A stretch of DNA of 64,000 nt from Promethearchaeota archaeon. Lineage in GTDB: Archaea; Asgardarchaeota; Lokiarchaeia; Sigyniarchaeales; SOKP01. The notes beneath the pieces are model-generated. The model worked only from the letters and a program-made list of their open reading frames with translations, did no database searches and had not been told where the DNA came from. Below, one piece after another: positions 61,647 through 64,000 of this stretch (positions are counted from its first letter, which is position 1; every line of letters starts with the position of its first letter). The translations under genes and the position numbers were made by a program. Location: positions 41,310 to 105,309 of the forward strand of contig JAUVNS010000015.1 in assembly GCA_030599585.1 (NCBI GenBank), in the 5' to 3' direction.

Positions 61647-61958
61647 ATGGAAAAAAATAAATATGCGGATTTAGCTCTTATTTTGGCTCTAATAAGCTTG
61701 GTAAGTCCTATATTGGCGATTTTAACAAGTCAAGGAATAATTCCTAGAATACTTATTTTTGGTAGTTTAGCAGTAAGCGGTACTGGTTTAATGGGGTTAA
61801 TTCTGGGGATAATTGGATATAACGAGACAGACCACAAATGGAAATCTATTGCTGCGATAGTTATCTACGTAGTAGGAACAGTTGTGTATTTAATTTTAGC
61901 ATTTTCCGTAATGTATGATGTTATATGGGGTATGTATTCGGATTTACTACCCTATTAG
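61647..61958 (+). CDS. 3-TM membrane protein (cassette)
   Basis: Between cores 61536 and 62035. Confidence 0.65.
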   Translation: MEKNKYADLALILALISLVSPILAILTSQGIIPRILIFGSLAVSGTGLMGLILGIIGYNETDHKWKSIAAIVIYVVGTVVYLILAFSVMYDVIWGMYSDLLPY

Positions 61959-62304
61959 GGTATTAATGTAGTGGAAGTCTTGGATTTTGCAAGGATGACA
62001 CTGTGAGATGAGATGTATTGATTGCGTAGGGGTTGTGTTCCGGAGTTTAATTTTTTTATTTTATTTTTATTTTTCTTTAGCTTTGTTTTACCATTTCCAA
62101 CTTATTATCATTTTCTGACAAAAACGTACAAAATTTAAATTTTATAATTTTTTGTACAAGTATTTAAAGACTTACGAGTAAAAATTCTATTTTACAGTAG
62201 TTCCACCATTTTTACTAGTAAGTTTCGCTGAAAGGTTTATATACAATTTTGTCGATCTATAGTATAATCTTTGCACTTTTACGAATGAAAATTAGATAAA
62301 AGCC

Positions 62305-62637
62305 ATGTCAAATGCTATAGATCAGTCTAAAATTAAGACAAGAAGAGGTAAAATAGTAAATGGTTGTTTATGTTTTGGGATTTTATATGCTTTTCCAATG
62401 ATTTTGTTTTTGATTAGAGAACCCCAAACTGTAAATTTAAGCAGAAGAATTGGTGTAAGTATAGCTGGAATAGTTGGTATGCTATTGATTCTTGGTTCAA
62501 TTATTTTATTAGTTAAGACGAGGCGCGTATCCTACGGGTTGTGGTGTAATGAATGTAATAAGTTTGTAAATAGAAAATGGAACCGCTGTAGTATATGTAG
62601 AACTAAAAAGGTGTCATGGAAGCGTCTTCCGAGATAA
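62305..62637 (+). CDS. 2-TM membrane protein with C-terminal zinc ribbon (cassette)
   Basis: CNEC...CSIC; between cores 62035 and 62668. Confidence 0.7.
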   Translation: MSNAIDQSKIKTRRGKIVNGCLCFGILYAFPMILFLIREPQTVNLSRRIGVSIAGIVGMLLILGSIILLVKTRRVSYGLWCNECNKFVNRKWNRCSICRTKKVSWKRLPR

Positions 62638-62689
62638 ATTCTTGTTTCGAGCTTGAAGGGTGGGGGTGTGTTCCGGAGTTTTTACTCCA

Positions 62690-62798
62690 TTTTTTGTTTT
62701 ATTTCTTTGTTCTTTTTTACTTACCTTTTTCGCTAAATTTTCCGTCTTATTGAGCATATCCCAAAATTCAATTTAATGAATGTATATAAAAGAAAAAT
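62690..62798 (-). pseudogene. Promoter plus first ~19 codons of a paralogue of the giant PKD gene, cut off at the repeat
   Basis: MLNKTENLAKKVSKKEQR vs MPNKTENSAKKIRRREKR; 22-bp identical upstream segment (62777-62798 = 50856-50877). Confidence 0.75.
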
Positions 62799-62910
62799 GA
62801 CAAATAACAAGCTAATATGAATATAAAAGACTAAAACTTATATAATGGATTTACTCAATATTATAATAATTTATACAAATCTGGAAAAAATTTATCTCTT
62901 TTTTATATAA

Positions 62911-63321
62911 GTGAGAAAATTGTCAAAATTTGGTTTTTTTCTTAGTATGATTATGGGTTTTTGGTTTGCTGTTGTGTATATTATTTTATTTGTTATTGAG
63001 TTTCATAGGTTTGGAGATTCATACATAGATGCGTATGAGATAAAAATAGTAGTTAGCATAATAATCGGTTTAGTAGCGATAATTGGAGCCGGAGTTGGAT
63101 TTAAAAGAGTAGGTGTTGGAAGTATCATCTGTTTTGTTGTGGGATTATTCCTATTCATATTTGCCTGGGTATTATACGCTCCTTGGAACTCTAATTTTAT
63201 ATTTGCTCTATTGACTTTCTATGGTCTTGCTAGTGGTGCTCCCCCAGAATTACTTCTATTAATTGGTGGTATTATCTGTTTAATAGAGTGGCGAAAGGTA
63301 GATAAAGATATAAAAGCTTAG
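62911..63321 (+). CDS. 4-TM membrane protein
   Basis: Hydrophobic ORF, GTG start. Confidence 0.65.
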   Translation: MRKLSKFGFFLSMIMGFWFAVVYIILFVIEFHRFGDSYIDAYEIKIVVSIIIGLVAIIGAGVGFKRVGVGSIICFVVGLFLFIFAWVLYAPWNSNFIFALLTFYGLASGAPPELLLLIGGIICLIEWRKVDKDIKA

Positions 63322-63429
63322 ATGAATCACTAATACTTTTGCCAATTTAGTAAAGATAGTTTGCCCGTCTTCTTATTATTTTTACTCACTTCGCTTTTTT
63401 ATGCTTCACCTTAAAATATTTTCTCAACT

Positions 63430-63729
63430 TTATTGTTTCTTTCCAGCTTTTCTAAATTTTCGCATCTTGCTAATTGTATAAGAAAATATACCAATACATA
63501 TGCTACTGGCAAGAAAGTTAGAGATGGACAATAATAAAGTATAGGTATATGTTAGTTTATCGTCTGGATAAATGTTTGTTCTGGCATAAATTAAAACTGG
63601 AACTGCAAAGAATATTGCGAATGCGAAAAAGGAGGAAGCAAAACCACTAAGAACGGTTAAATAAATTGCGCGTTTTTTAGTTAAACTTAAACCTAACCAG
63701 CTTTTATTATCATTTTTGTTTTTTTGCAT
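63430..63729 (-). CDS. 2-TM membrane protein
   Basis: Hydrophobic ORF with GGGTGA SD. Confidence 0.65.
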   Translation of the reverse strand: MQKNKNDNKSWLGLSLTKKRAIYLTVLSGFASSFFAFAIFFAVPVLIYARTNIYPDDKLTYTYTLLLSISNFLASSICIGIFSYTISKMRKFRKAGKKQ

Positions 63730-63940
63730 ATCTTTAATTTCACCCTTGCGTGTTATTTTATTATTTCATTTTTTACTATTTAATTTTTTTGATACCGTTC
63801 TAAATTGATATAATAAACTGAGGTGGGAGTGTGTTCCGGAGTTTTTTGAATCATGATAAAGGTAATGACCATCTATTTTAAATAGGAACTTTGTGTATTA
63901 TAAGCTAGTCCAATACTAATAACTTAAGAAGATACACAAA

Positions 63941-64000
63941 ATGAGAGAAATTAGGTTTTCAAAACTTGGTATCCTAATAGCGATATTTGTGATAATAGCA
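63941..64000 (+). CDS. Start of a membrane/secreted protein (3' partial)
   Basis: MREIRFSKLGILIAIFVIIA following core 63831. Confidence 0.45.
   Translation, partial: MREIRFSKLGILIAIFVIIA

Larger units (their letters stand above)
27998..63846 (+). repeat. Dispersed co-oriented repeat family, about 20 intergenic copies of core GTGTTCCGGA
   Basis: Cores start at 28003, 28131, 28490, 31297, 31429, 51350, 51716, 54243, 54299, 54820, 56062, 56455, 57162, 57735, 59684, 60561, 61536, 62035, 62668, 63831; GTGTTCCTT variants at 28080, 29619, 31376. Confidence 0.93.

Noticed and set aside
27998-63846. CRISPR array interpretation of the repeats
   Set aside because: Spacing ranges from ~55 bp to 20 kb and the intervals contain whole genes; repeats are degenerate; no cas genes.
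27998-63846. Classical integron attC sites
   Set aside because: No RYYYAAC...GTTRRRY pairing or long imperfect hairpin, many cassette genes are inverted, and there is no IntI in the window.

Overview
AT-rich archaeal chromosome segment, most likely Asgard (Lokiarchaeia/Promethearchaeia-like). Evidence for that assignment: Loki-CTERM-type sorting tail, gelsolin-domain protein, RPA2-like OB+winged-helix protein, and an unlinked 23S rRNA with very large ES9/ES39 expansion segments. 1-23.6 kb is housekeeping: TFB, ThiI, FtsZ, the Dim2-Rio1-Nmd3-DUF424-aIF2beta cluster, intron-containing initiator tRNA-Met, TtuA/Ncs6, Get3/ArsA, aRF1 and CoA genes. 24.5-27.9 kb is a stand-alone 23S rRNA gene with one clear 31-nt BHB intron and a second ~30-nt insertion. 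From the 23S 3' trailer to the end of the window lies an accessory region cut into 1-2-gene units by about 20 co-oriented, intergenic copies of a short site (GGGTTGTGTTCCGGAGTTTTTACTCCA). The flanks of many copies resemble the 23S trailer, and a 135-bp copy of the trailer sits 31.7 kb downstream. This looks like an rRNA-anchored, integron-like cassette array, but it has no attC signature and no recombinase in the window. Cargo includes LRR, TIR-receptor-like, gelsolin, hydrolase and small membrane proteins, plus a repeat-free 20-kb block with defence-like genes (DprA+PRTase, HEPN, TPR-HEPN) and a giant PKD surface protein. All calls come from reading motifs by eye; no database searches were run.
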